Assembly (NCBI GenBank): GCA_041632295.1
Contig: JBFKII010000002.1
Span: forward strand, 1-39,544
From: Anaerolineales bacterium
GTDB taxonomy: Bacteria; Chloroflexota; Anaerolineae; Anaerolineales; JABWBV01
Length of the DNA stretch: 39,544 nucleotides
Direction: 5' to 3'
Positions 12,465-22,506 of the stretch are shown piece after piece; positions within the stretch are counted from its first letter, which is position 1; each line of letters begins with the position of its first letter. The notes under the pieces were generated by a model that was not told where the DNA came from, did no database searches, and was given only the letters and a program-made list of their open reading frames with translations. The translations under genes and the position numbers were made by a program.

Positions 12465-14366
12465 TTGATGAGCGATAACCGATCCTTCGATATTCCACAG
12501 ATATTGCGCAACGGTTTTGTCGGCGGTGTGCTCAGCTTTTACACGGCCATCATCGGCATGACCGAGCTGTTTTCAGCCCGCAACCTGGTTGGCACTTTCA
12601 TTTCCCTGGGAGAGGTGATGGTTTTTGGCGGCGCTTTCACCGCCGGGATCCTGATGGCCCGCAGCATTTCCCAAAAACCAAAAGCGTCGATCGCCCTTTC
12701 CGGCGCATTGGCTGGAGTGGTTGCCGGGTTACTGCTCGTGCTGATATCCATAATCCAGGCCTTTTTCAGCAGCCCACCGGAATGGATTCTCGATCCGCAG
12801 CGCAGCGCACCCGTCCTGGTTGTTTTCATCCTGGGCGGCTTGATCGCCATGGCAGCTCCCGGCTTTTTGCGGGATAAAGATTCGCCCCGCAACTACCTGC
12901 GGCATGCCTTGTTCGGCCTGCTGGGCGCCCTCCTGGGCTGGGCGGCCTTTATCATATTTTCACAACTCGCCATCGGGCTGAACAATCTGCGAGAGATCTT
13001 TATCAACCTCTCTCCGGCGCTGACCGAAATCCTGACCCTGGGGGTGGATAATCTCTGGCTGGGCAGCTTGCTCCTCTTGCTGATTTGCGGCCTGTTCGGC
13101 CTGATCGGGTCCGGCATTGTCGTGCTGCCGGACCGCCTGTGGCGCGCTTTCTTCAACGCCTCCGTATTCATCCTGATAGTGGGGCTTTTTTCGGAAAATT
13201 TCGGGGCCATCCTGCAGCAGCTTTTCGGACGCGGTTTCTCACGCATGGTGTTTCGAAACGATACGCTCCACCCGATCGCAGCCTTGATCCTGTTTGTAGC
13301 GATCTTTTCGTTTACCTATTTCGGTGTCAGAAATCGAACGAGCACTCGCTGGAGCCGGCTTTCCCCCGATCAGCAAACCCAGGGCCGGCGGATCTTGCTC
13401 ATTCTGGGCATCGTGCTGCTGCTGGCCATGCCCTGGATCGTCGGCCGCTTCCTCAGCCAGGTGCTTTTCATCGTCGGACTGTATGTGATGATGGGCCTGG
13501 GGCTCAACATCGTGGTCGGTTTTGCCGGACTGCTCGATCTGGGGTATGTCGCCTTCTTCGCCTTCGGCGCTTACACCATGGGCATCCTGACCTCGACCGG
13601 CGAACTGGGCGTCAGCGGGCTGAATTTTTGGACCTCCCTGCCGGTTGCCGTAATTGTCGGGGTTGGGTTCGGTGTGCTGCTCGGTTTTCCGGTCTTGCGC
13701 ATGAGGGGCGACTATCTCGCCATCGTGACGCTTGGGTTCGGGGAAATCATCCGCATCCTGGCGCTCTCCGACTGGCTGGCCCCATTGGGGGGCGGCGCCC
13801 AGGGCGTGCTGCACATCCCAGAGCCCGCCATCGGGAGTTTTGAGTTCAACATCCCCGAGCTGATGTATTACCTGGTGATCATCGGATCACTGCTGGCGGC
13901 GTTTGTATCCATCCGCCTGCGCGAATCGCGCCTCGGCCGGCAGTGGATGGCTATGCGCGAAGACGAGGATGTGGCCGAAGCGATGGGCATCAACCTGGTG
14001 CAGACCAAGCTGCTGGCTTTCGCCATCGGGGCCGGGTTCTCCGCCCTGGCCGGGGCGATCTTTTCCGCCCGCCTGGGCAATATCTTCCCGCACAGCTTCA
14101 ACCTGCTGATTTCGCTCAATGCCCTGGCCCTGATCATCGTGGGAGGCATGGGCAGTATCCCCGGCGTGGTGGTCGGCGCATTGATCCTTGTCGGGATGCC
14201 GGAGCTGCTGCGCGAGTTTTCCGAATACCGCCTGCTGATGTACGGAATCCTTTTGATCGTCATGATGCTCGCCAAGCCGGAAGGGTTCTGGCCGGAGGCG
14301 CACCGCAGGCGAGAGCTGCACGCAGTGGATGAAATCGATTTGGTCACCGAGCCGATCGGAGACTAG
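12465..14366 (+). CDS. livM: Branched-chain amino acid ABC permease with long N-terminal membrane extension
   Basis: GLNIVVGFAGLLDLG, LRMRGDYLAIVTLGFGE, GGMGS in the C-terminal half. Confidence 0.9.
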   Translation: MMSDNRSFDIPQILRNGFVGGVLSFYTAIIGMTELFSARNLVGTFISLGEVMVFGGAFTAGILMARSISQKPKASIALSGALAGVVAGLLLVLISIIQAFFSSPPEWILDPQRSAPVLVVFILGGLIAMAAPGFLRDKDSPRNYLRHALFGLLGALLGWAAFIIFSQLAIGLNNLREIFINLSPALTEILTLGVDNLWLGSLLLLLICGLFGLIGSGIVVLPDRLWRAFFNASVFILIVGLFSENFGAILQQLFGRGFSRMVFRNDTLHPIAALILFVAIFSFTYFGVRNRTSTRWSRLSPDQQTQGRRILLILGIVLLLAMPWIVGRFLSQVLFIVGLYVMMGLGLNIVVGFAGLLDLGYVAFFAFGAYTMGILTSTGELGVSGLNFWTSLPVAVIVGVGFGVLLGFPVLRMRGDYLAIVTLGFGEIIRILALSDWLAPLGGGAQGVLHIPEPAIGSFEFNIPELMYYLVIIGSLLAAFVSIRLRESRLGRQWMAMREDEDVAEAMGINLVQTKLLAFAIGAGFSALAGAIFSARLGNIFPHSFNLLISLNALALIIVGGMGSIPGVVVGALILVGMPELLREFSEYRLLMYGILLIVMMLAKPEGFWPEAHRRRELHAVDEIDLVTEPIGD

Positions 14367-14374
14367 GAGACGCC

Positions 14375-15193
14375 ATGGAACCCATCCTCACCACTCGCAA
14401 CGTCACCAAGCGCTTCGGGGGCCTGGTCGCAGTGAACAATCTCTCGATCGAGATCGAAAAAGGCCAGATCTACGCTGTGATCGGTCCGAACGGGGCAGGA
14501 AAGACCACGTTCTTCAACTGCATCACGGGCTTTTACGTCCCCGACGAGGGCGAGATCGTCTTCGACGGGCACACCATTCAAGGTCTGTCCCCCGACCGGA
14601 TCACGCGCTTCGGCATTTCGCGCACTTACCAGAACATCCGGCTGTTTTCGGAGATGACGGCGATAGAAAATGTGCTGGTGGGCGAACACCCTCGCCTGAA
14701 AACCAGCTGGATGGAAGCCATCATCCGGAACAAACGTTTTAAGGAAGAGGAAGAGGCCGCCCTGCAGGAGGCCCGCCGTTTGCTCCGCTTTGTGGGCCTG
14801 CGAGGGATGGGAGACACTGTCGCTCGCAACCTTCCGTACGGCGCCCAACGGCGCCTGGAAATCGCCCGCGGATTGGCCAATGAGCCCATGCTATTGCTGC
14901 TGGACGAGCCTACCGCCGGGATGAACCCCAACGAAACCGGAGAGATGATGAATTTCATCCGGAATCTGCGCGATGAGCTGGGGATCACCATTCTTTTGAT
15001 TGAACATGATATGCGCGTGGTGATGGGGATCAGTGAACAAATCACCGTGGTCGACTTCGGGCAGAAGATCGCCCAGGGCACCCCTGCTGAAATTCAGCGA
15101 AATCCCCGGGTGATCGAGGCCTACCTCGGCCGCGGCGCAGCGGATACCGGGGACCGTGAAAACGGGCACCCACAGGATGGGTCCGGAGAGTGA
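14375..15193 (+). CDS. livG: Branched-chain amino acid ABC ATPase
   Basis: GPNGAGKTT, LPYG, LLDEP, VIEAYLG. Confidence 0.93.
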   Translation: MEPILTTRNVTKRFGGLVAVNNLSIEIEKGQIYAVIGPNGAGKTTFFNCITGFYVPDEGEIVFDGHTIQGLSPDRITRFGISRTYQNIRLFSEMTAIENVLVGEHPRLKTSWMEAIIRNKRFKEEEEAALQEARRLLRFVGLRGMGDTVARNLPYGAQRRLEIARGLANEPMLLLLDEPTAGMNPNETGEMMNFIRNLRDELGITILLIEHDMRVVMGISEQITVVDFGQKIAQGTPAEIQRNPRVIEAYLGRGAADTGDRENGHPQDGSGE

Positions 15194-15196
15194 AAT

Positions 15197-15910
15197 ATGG
15201 CGATGCTGGAAGTGCATGAAATCCACACCTATTACGGCAACATCCACGCGCTGAAGGGCATATCCCTGACCGTCGAGGAGGGCGAGATCGTCACCCTGAT
15301 CGGAGCCAACGGGGCCGGTAAGACCACCACCCTGCGCACGATCTCCGGCCTGCTCTCCCCGCGGCAGGGCAGCGTGCACCTGGAAGGGGAAGACCTGGCC
15401 AACTACAGCGCTCATGAAATTGTCTTCAAAGGCGTATGCATGGTGCCGGAAGGCCGCGGCGTCTTCGCCAAGCTGACCGTGGCCGAAAATCTGGACATGG
15501 GCGCGTACAGCCGTGATGACCGCGTAGGCATCAAGGAAAGCCTGGAATATGTCTACGAACTTTTCCCGCGCCTGTTCGAGCGCCGATCCCAGGTTGCTGG
15601 GACGCTCTCCGGCGGCGAGCAACAGATGCTGGCCACCGGGCGGGCGCTGATGGCCAAGCCACGGTTGCTGTTGATGGACGAGCCCTCCATGGGGTTGGCC
15701 CCCATCCTGGTCGAAGGCATTTTCGCCACTATCGAGGAGATCAACAAGCAGGGCACGACCATCCTCCTGGTGGAGCAGAATGCCACCATGGCGCTGACCG
15801 TCGCCAATCGAGGCTATGTGCTGCAGACCGGGGAGATCGTCATCCAGGACACCTGCGCCAATCTCAAAACCAACGAAGTGGTGCAGAAAGCGTATCTGGG
15901 GATCGATTGA
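15197..15910 (+). CDS. livF: Branched-chain amino acid ABC ATPase
   Basis: GANGAGKTT, LSGGEQQML, DEPSMGLAP. Confidence 0.94.
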   Translation: MAMLEVHEIHTYYGNIHALKGISLTVEEGEIVTLIGANGAGKTTTLRTISGLLSPRQGSVHLEGEDLANYSAHEIVFKGVCMVPEGRGVFAKLTVAENLDMGAYSRDDRVGIKESLEYVYELFPRLFERRSQVAGTLSGGEQQMLATGRALMAKPRLLLMDEPSMGLAPILVEGIFATIEEINKQGTTILLVEQNATMALTVANRGYVLQTGEIVIQDTCANLKTNEVVQKAYLGID

Positions 15911-15988
15911 AGGCGACCTGATGCCTGGCATGGAAAATCGAAGATCAGTTTGGATGGTCTTCGATTTTTATTTTCAAGAGGGATCGCA

Positions 15989-16978
15989 ATGCTGGTATTG
16001 AATGCAGAGGAGGTCAGGCGGGCGCTGCCGATGGCCGAAGCGATTGCGGGCATGAAGCGGGCGTACGCGGCGCTGTCGACCGGTGAGGCGCAGGTCCCGC
16101 TGCGAGGCCGGTTGGCGCTGGATGACCGCGGCGCAAGCGGCCTTTTTATGCCTGCGTTCGTGCCGGGTGATGGAGAGGCGGGGGATGCCCTGGCAGTCAA
16201 GGTCGTCACGCTGTTCCCGGAAAACGTCCCCGCCGGGCTGCCGCTGATCCACGCCGCCGTCCTGGTCATGGACCCCGCGACGGGAGAGATGCTTGCGCTC
16301 CTGGAGGGCGGAACGCTGACGGCCATCCGCACCGGGGCCGGCGCCGGTGCGGCCACCGACCTGCTGGCTCGCGATGATTCGCAAGTTCTGGCGCTGTTCG
16401 GTTCCGGTGCACAAGCCCGCACCCAGCTGGATGCGGTCTGCGCGGTGCGGCCTATCCGGCAGGTGCGGGTCTACAGCCCCAATCACGACCACGTCTTGCG
16501 CTTTCTCCGTGAGACGCAAAGCCAGCCGGGGGTTGAACTGCAGCCGGCAGGCAGCCCGGCCGAAGCGCTGAACGGCGCCGACATCGTCTGTACCGCGACC
16601 ACCTCATCCGAACCGGTCTTTGCAGACGGCGACGTGCCCCCAGGAGCCCACATCAACGCCATCGGATCTTACACACCGGCGATGGTGGAAGTGCCCCCGG
16701 AAACGCTGGGCCGCGCGGCGGTCGTGGCCCTCGACTCCCGCTCCGCCTGCCAGGCGGAAGCCGGGGAGTTGATCGCGGCGGTCGGGCAAGGACTTCTGGA
16801 TTGGGATGCAACCATCGAGGTTGGCGAACTGGTCAGCGGTGCAGCCCGGGTGAGGCAGAAGGAAAGGGACATCACCTATTTCAAATCGGTGGGGGTGGCC
16901 GTGCAGGACGCCGTGGCCGGCCAGATCGTCCTGGCTAACGCCCGCAGATCGGGGTTGGGACAGCAGGTAGACTTGTAA
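15989..16978 (+). CDS. Ornithine cyclodeaminase / mu-crystallin family protein
   Basis: LTAIRTGA, GSGAQA, HINAIGS, FKSVGVAVQD; ATG 15989 follows GAGGGA. Confidence 0.9.
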   Translation: MLVLNAEEVRRALPMAEAIAGMKRAYAALSTGEAQVPLRGRLALDDRGASGLFMPAFVPGDGEAGDALAVKVVTLFPENVPAGLPLIHAAVLVMDPATGEMLALLEGGTLTAIRTGAGAGAATDLLARDDSQVLALFGSGAQARTQLDAVCAVRPIRQVRVYSPNHDHVLRFLRETQSQPGVELQPAGSPAEALNGADIVCTATTSSEPVFADGDVPPGAHINAIGSYTPAMVEVPPETLGRAAVVALDSRSACQAEAGELIAAVGQGLLDWDATIEVGELVSGAARVRQKERDITYFKSVGVAVQDAVAGQIVLANARRSGLGQQVDL

Positions 16979-17123
16979 TTGCCACCCTTGAAGGTTTATT
17001 CTCCTTTTTGAAAGGCAATCGCGTCTTTGGATGCGGAAAATGTTCCGCACGCCTTTTGTAAGGTGGTTTTGGAGGTGCCGCCAGGAAAACAAATGCGCCT
17101 ATTAACACGAGAGGGATGAAGCA

Positions 17124-18389
17124 ATGAACAAAGATCGACCTGTACAGGATCCTATGATCGGAATTGAAGAGCATGTGGTTTCCGACGGCGGAAGCGCCCG
17201 ATGGCGCAACCTGACCTACCTGGCCTTGATCCTGGCTTTTTCTATCTCCACATGGTTTTCGGCTTCCGCGGTGGTCCCCCAGCTGCGCAGCCTGTGGGAC
17301 CTGACTCCTTCCGCTGTGGCTTGGCTGACCATCGCCGTCCAGCTGGGCTTCGTCGTCGGAGCGGTCGTCTCCAGCCTGTTCAACCTTGCCGATCTGATCT
17401 CGACCCGCTATATCATCACAGTCGGGGCCCTGGGTTCTGCGGCAGCCAATGCGCTGCTGCTCCTTTCGGATGGGCCTGAAGCCGGGATTCCGCTGCGATT
17501 TGCCACCGGCTTTTTTCTCGCTGCGGTCTACCCGCCGGCTTTCAAACTCATTTCCACTTGGTTCCAAGAACGCCGCGGGCTGGCGCTGGGGATCCTGGCC
17601 GCCGCCATTGTGTTCGGCAATGGCACCCCGCATCTGATCAATGGCCTGGGCGGGCTGGACTGGCGCATCGTGATCACGGCAACATCTATCCTGGCACTGA
17701 TCGGCAGCCTGATCGCTGTCCTCCTCGTCCGGGAGGGGCCGTATCCGTTCCCCCAGGCCGACTTTGACCCGCGGCAGATCGGACTGGCGCTGAAGAATCG
17801 CGGGGTGCGGCTGGCCACATTCGGATATGTCGGCCACATGTGGGAACTCTTCGCTATGGTCGCCTGGATCCTGCTCTTTTTCGTTGAGACATTCGAAATC
17901 CACGATTTCAGCTTCCCTTCCGCCCCGGCATTTGCCACCTTTGCAGTGTACGTCGTGGGTGCGGCGGGCTCCTGGGTTGGCGGCGCCCTGGCAGACCGCT
18001 GGGGCCGGACCAACACTACCATCCTGCTGATGGCCATCTCCGGGACCTGTGCGATTTTGATCGGACTTGTCTACCAGGCTAGTCTTCCCCTCACCCTGTT
18101 GGTCGGAATCATCTGGGGGTTTACGATCGTTGGAGACTCGGCCCAGTTTTCCACCATGGTCACGGAAACGGCGGACCAGTCTTATGTCGGGACCGCGCTG
18201 ACCATTCAGTTGGCTGCGGGCTTTGCCATCACGGTGGTGACTATCTGGTTACTCCCTTTCCTGCAGGCCTGGTTTACCTGGCGCTGGGCATTTTCTCTGC
18301 TGGCCCTTGGACCATTTTTCGGGATCTGGGCCATGTTGCGTTTGAAATCCCTGCCGGAAGCCGCCCAGATCGGCGGTGGGAAGGGTTAA
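17124..18389 (+). CDS. MFS transporter
   Basis: About 12 hydrophobic segments; GALADRWGR loop motif. Confidence 0.88.
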   Translation: MNKDRPVQDPMIGIEEHVVSDGGSARWRNLTYLALILAFSISTWFSASAVVPQLRSLWDLTPSAVAWLTIAVQLGFVVGAVVSSLFNLADLISTRYIITVGALGSAAANALLLLSDGPEAGIPLRFATGFFLAAVYPPAFKLISTWFQERRGLALGILAAAIVFGNGTPHLINGLGGLDWRIVITATSILALIGSLIAVLLVREGPYPFPQADFDPRQIGLALKNRGVRLATFGYVGHMWELFAMVAWILLFFVETFEIHDFSFPSAPAFATFAVYVVGAAGSWVGGALADRWGRTNTTILLMAISGTCAILIGLVYQASLPLTLLVGIIWGFTIVGDSAQFSTMVTETADQSYVGTALTIQLAAGFAITVVTIWLLPFLQAWFTWRWAFSLLALGPFFGIWAMLRLKSLPEAAQIGGGKG

Positions 18390-18546
18390 AAATATTTGTG
18401 AAGGCCCTCTTCCCTCCAGGGAGGCAGCTTTCTCCAAAACTGAGGTTAAAATAATCGTGGGAAAATGGGTTCCGTCTTGTTTCGAGGTTAAAATCGCGAG
18501 CCGGTTCCGATTTACCTTCCAACGAAGGAAACGATAGGAGGAGTGC

Positions 18547-19170
18547 ATGAAAATCGAAATCCCGGATTTTCCAAATAACGGCAGGATCCCGATGAAATTC
18601 TGCTTCTGCGTTCCGGCGGATGTCGGGCATGTCAGCTTTGGGGAAAACATGAATCCCCACGTCCGCTGGTCGGATGTGCCGGATGGGACCAAATCCTTCG
18701 CCCTGCTGGTGGTCGATCCCGACGTCCCCTCCCGCGGGGACGATGTCAACCAGGAAGGACGCACCGTGCCTGCGGACCTGCCGCGGGTGGATTTCTACCA
18801 CTGGGTACTGGTCGACATCCCGGCGAATATGCGCGAAATCTCCAAGGGCGCGGCTTCGAGCGGCGTGACGGCCAAGGGCAAGACGATCGGCCAGACCGCC
18901 CACGGCGTGACCGGGATCAACGATTACACCGCCTGGTTTGCCGGCGACAAGGATATGGCCGGGAACTACGGCAGTTACGATGGCCCCTGCCCGCCCTGGA
19001 ACGACGAGATCATCCACCATTACCATTTCAAGGTTTTCGCCCTGGACGTGGAGACCCTCGGGCTGGCGGGCGCTTTCGGCGGTGCCGACGCCGTCAAAGC
19101 CATGGAAGGCCACATCCTGGGGGAGGCCGAACATATCGGCACCTACACCTTGAACAAAGATCTGGTCTAG
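18547..19170 (+). CDS. YbhB/YbcL family (PEBP/Raf kinase inhibitor-like) protein
   Basis: DPDVP, FYHW, YDGPCPP, HHYHF motifs; AGGAGG RBS. Confidence 0.92.
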   Translation: MKIEIPDFPNNGRIPMKFCFCVPADVGHVSFGENMNPHVRWSDVPDGTKSFALLVVDPDVPSRGDDVNQEGRTVPADLPRVDFYHWVLVDIPANMREISKGAASSGVTAKGKTIGQTAHGVTGINDYTAWFAGDKDMAGNYGSYDGPCPPWNDEIIHHYHFKVFALDVETLGLAGAFGGADAVKAMEGHILGEAEHIGTYTLNKDLV

Positions 19171-19298
19171 GCGGCGGCCTTTCGGGCGCCATCCCGCCGG
19201 ATCTATCAGCACTAAGGGGGATTGGACGATACCAGCCCGGCGAGATTTCGCCGGAGCCGAATCATGGTACGTTTCGGCAGATGGCTTGCACGCGCATA

Positions 19299-19307
19299 TG
19301 CTACAAT
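19299..19307 (+). promoter_or_regulatory. Extended -10 promoter of the cinA operon
   Basis: TGCTACAAT about 50 nt upstream of ATG 19358. Confidence 0.55.
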
Positions 19308-19357
19308 CTTTGAAATTAACCCTGCCTGATGCGCTTTCCACCACGGCAAGGACCCGC

Positions 19358-20509
19358 ATGCCTTCCGCCGAAATCATTACGATCGGAACTGAGATCCTGC
19401 TGGGCGAGATCGTCGATACCAACGCCCGCCATATCGCCCGCCAGCTGGCGCGGGTTGGTGTGGACATTTTCCGCACTTCCAGCATCGGCGATAACACTAG
19501 GCGGATCGCGGAGGCCATCCGGCAGGCAGTGGACCGCGCCGAGATCGTGATCACCACCGGCGGCCTCGGCCCGACTGTGGACGACCCGACCCGCGAGGCA
19601 GTCGCCCGGGCTTTTGCGGTCAGCACCGAATTCCGCCCCGAGCTCTGGCAGCAGGTCGTCGACCGCTTCGCCCGCTTCCAGGCAAAACCCTCCGAAAACA
19701 ACCGGCGGCAGGCTCACGTCCCCGAGGGGGCCGTCGCCATCGAAAACCCCGTGGGAACCGCGCCGGCTTTCATGATGGAGACCGGGAAAGGGGCGGTGAT
19801 CTGCCTGCCCGGCGTGCCGCGCGAAATGGAGCACCTGCTGGCGAACAGCGTGCTGCCGTATCTGCGCCGGCGTTTCCACCTGGATGAGGTCCTGGTCATT
19901 CGCCTGCTCCACACGGCCGGGGTCGGCGAGTCGCGCATCGACGAGCTGATCGGGGACCTGGAATCGTTATCCAACCCGACCGTCGGGCTGGCTGCACACG
20001 CCGGCCAGGTGGATGTCCGCATTGCCGCCAAGGCCGGCAACGAGGCGCAAGCCTACGCCCTGATCCGCCCCCTGGAGGACGATCTGCGTCAGCGGCTTGG
20101 GGAGTGGATCTACGGCGCCGACGAAGAAACCCTGGCCGTTGTCGCTTTGCGCCGGCTGGCCGCGAAGGGCTGGAAGCTTTCCGTGGTGGAGGCCGGGCTG
20201 GGTGGCCGCCTGGTGACCGCTTTTCCGAACGGTTCCGACCCGGGCGGCTTGTTTTGCGGCGCCCAGGTGCTGCCCGCAGCGCCGGCCGAACCCGAGACCC
20301 TGAAGGACCTCACCCGCCGCCTGCGGGACTACCAGGAAACCGAGGCCGGTATCGGTGCGGCCCTGCTTCCAGGGGAACGATCGCAGATCTATCTGGCGTT
20401 GGTCACTCCGGAGGCGAATAAATTTTTGCGTCTGCCTTACGGTGGACCCCCAAAACTGGCCGCCCAGCGCGCTGCCAATTACGCGCTGGACCTGCTGCGC
20501 AAGATATAA
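19358..20509 (+). CDS. cinA: CinA-like protein: MoCF-type (ADP-ribose pyrophosphatase) domain plus degenerate PncC domain
   Basis: IGTEILLG, DTN, TGGLGPT, LPGVPREM, GESRID; C-terminal VEAGLGG replaces AESCTGG. Confidence 0.85.
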   Translation: MPSAEIITIGTEILLGEIVDTNARHIARQLARVGVDIFRTSSIGDNTRRIAEAIRQAVDRAEIVITTGGLGPTVDDPTREAVARAFAVSTEFRPELWQQVVDRFARFQAKPSENNRRQAHVPEGAVAIENPVGTAPAFMMETGKGAVICLPGVPREMEHLLANSVLPYLRRRFHLDEVLVIRLLHTAGVGESRIDELIGDLESLSNPTVGLAAHAGQVDVRIAAKAGNEAQAYALIRPLEDDLRQRLGEWIYGADEETLAVVALRRLAAKGWKLSVVEAGLGGRLVTAFPNGSDPGGLFCGAQVLPAAPAEPETLKDLTRRLRDYQETEAGIGAALLPGERSQIYLALVTPEANKFLRLPYGGPPKLAAQRAANYALDLLRKI

Positions 20510-20518
20510 GGAGAGCGG

Positions 20519-22492
20519 ATGGAACAGGTGGACTTTTTGCTGACCAATGCCATCGTTCTGACGATGGACGAGCAAAGGAGTTTCTACGAGCCCGGCGCTT
20601 TGGCCGTTCTCGGAGACAGCATCGCTGCGGTCGGCCCGGAGCAGGATATTTTGGCCGCGTATTCCGCTGCGGAGACGGTCGACTGCGGCGGGAAAGTCCT
20701 GATGCCCGGCCTGATCAACGCCCACACCCATGTGCCGATGACCCTGCTGCGCGGGCTAGCGGACGACCTGCGGCTGGACGTCTGGCTGCTGGGCTACATG
20801 ATGCCGGTGGAGCGCGCCTTCGTATCGCCCGATTTCGTCCGTCTGGGGACCCAGCTGGCCTGTGCCGAGTTGATCCGCTCGGGGGTCACCACCTTCAACG
20901 ACATGTATTATTTCGAAGCTGAGGTGGCCGAGGCCACGGCGCAGGCGGGATTGCGGGCGGTCTGCGGCCAGACCGTGCTCAAGTTTCCGGCTCCGGATGC
21001 CGATTCCTTCGAGGAGTCGCTGGCGCGCGCGGGGGATTTCATCGCCGGCTGGAAGGGCCACCCGCTGATTGTCCCGGCTGTGGCGCCGCACGCACCCTAC
21101 ACCTGCACGGCGGAGATCCTGCAGTTGTGTGCCCGGCTGGCCGCCGAGAACGACGTGCCGCTGCACATCCATCTATCCGAAACCGCCGTGGAGGTTGAAA
21201 ACAGCCGCAAGGAACACGGCATCCCCGTCATCCCGTACGTCAAGGAGCAGAAGCTGTTTGACGCCAAGGTGATCGCCGCGCATTGCGTGCATGTGGACGA
21301 GGGCGAGATGCGCACCTTGCTGCGGGTGGGTTCCGGCGTTGCACACAACCCCTCCTCCAACCTGAAGCTTTCCTCCGGCGTCGCTCCCATCGTCCGCATG
21401 CTGGAGCTCGGCCTGCCGGTGGGCATCGGGACGGACGGCCCCTCCTCCAACAATGATCTGGACATGTTCGAGGAGGTACGCCTGGCCAGTTTCCTGGCCA
21501 AAGGGACCTCGGGGGACCCGACGGTGGTCAACGCGCCTACCGCACTTGAAATGGCTACACGCATCGGCGCTCGCGCCCTGCACCTCGATGCCCTGACCGG
21601 CAGCCTGGTCCCCGGGAAGCGCGCCGACCTGATCCTGGTCGACATCCTGCCCCTGCACAACGCCCCCCGCTTCCAGCGCGACCCAGCCGGCACCTACGCC
21701 CAGATCGTCTTCGCCGCAAAATCCACCGACGTCAGCGACGTGATGGTCAACGGCAGCTGGGTGATGCGCGATCACCAGCTCTCAAACATCGACGAATCAG
21801 CCCTACTGGCCGAAGCCCAGGCGTACGCCCATAAGATAGACGCCTTCCTGATCAAACGCGAGCAGTCGGTGCTTTCCAAGCTGGTGGCCATCGGGGGCGC
21901 CATGGAAGAGGAGAGTTTCGAGGTCCAGGCGAAAGTCCGCATTGCGGAACCGAAGCGAGTGATCGACAACCTGCAGAACCCGGAGATCGAGGTCCTCTAC
22001 CAGCGCCATTACCACGAATACGACACCTATTTCCGCTTCGACGATCTGCAGCAGGGATTCCTGCGCCACCGCGAGGACGAGTTCGTGGATGAGGGCGGCG
22101 AGGTCACCAACGCCCGCTACCGGCTGACCTTGATCGGCCCGACGCGCGAGAGGGAGTTTCCCAGCGACGTACTGCTCTCCCGCAGCCGTTTCCTGGCGCC
22201 AGCCACCCACAGCCTGCGTTTCTATCGCGAATATTTCAAGCCGGACAGTGAAATCTTTATCGAAAAGGACCGCCTGCGCTGGCGGATCATCTTCCGAGAC
22301 ACCACTTTTTACATCAACCTGGACCGGGTGGACAAACCGGACCTGGGATATTTTCTGGAAATCAAAAGCCGCACCTGGAGCCGGATCGACGCCGAGACGA
22401 AATCCAAGTACGTCGCAGACTTGATCGAAATGCTGGGCGCTTCTCCGGAAGAGACCGTGACCGAAGACTACATCCAGATCGTCCAAAGCTGA
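20519..22492 (+). CDS. MtaD/DadD-like amidohydrolase (nucleoside deaminase family) fused to a C-terminal CYTH-like domain
   Basis: PGLINAHTH, HIHLSE, HNPSSNLKL, GTDG..SNN; tail with FEVQAK, DTYF, LRHR, EKDR, FLEIK. Confidence 0.85.
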   Translation: MEQVDFLLTNAIVLTMDEQRSFYEPGALAVLGDSIAAVGPEQDILAAYSAAETVDCGGKVLMPGLINAHTHVPMTLLRGLADDLRLDVWLLGYMMPVERAFVSPDFVRLGTQLACAELIRSGVTTFNDMYYFEAEVAEATAQAGLRAVCGQTVLKFPAPDADSFEESLARAGDFIAGWKGHPLIVPAVAPHAPYTCTAEILQLCARLAAENDVPLHIHLSETAVEVENSRKEHGIPVIPYVKEQKLFDAKVIAAHCVHVDEGEMRTLLRVGSGVAHNPSSNLKLSSGVAPIVRMLELGLPVGIGTDGPSSNNDLDMFEEVRLASFLAKGTSGDPTVVNAPTALEMATRIGARALHLDALTGSLVPGKRADLILVDILPLHNAPRFQRDPAGTYAQIVFAAKSTDVSDVMVNGSWVMRDHQLSNIDESALLAEAQAYAHKIDAFLIKREQSVLSKLVAIGGAMEEESFEVQAKVRIAEPKRVIDNLQNPEIEVLYQRHYHEYDTYFRFDDLQQGFLRHREDEFVDEGGEVTNARYRLTLIGPTREREFPSDVLLSRSRFLAPATHSLRFYREYFKPDSEIFIEKDRLRWRIIFRDTTFYINLDRVDKPDLGYFLEIKSRTWSRIDAETKSKYVADLIEMLGASPEETVTEDYIQIVQS

Positions 22493-22506
22493 TCGCCCAA
22501 ACTGCG

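Noticed and set aside
18274-19701. 475-aa minus-strand ORF across ybhB and cinA
   Set aside because: Antisense to two well-supported genes and has no domain signature
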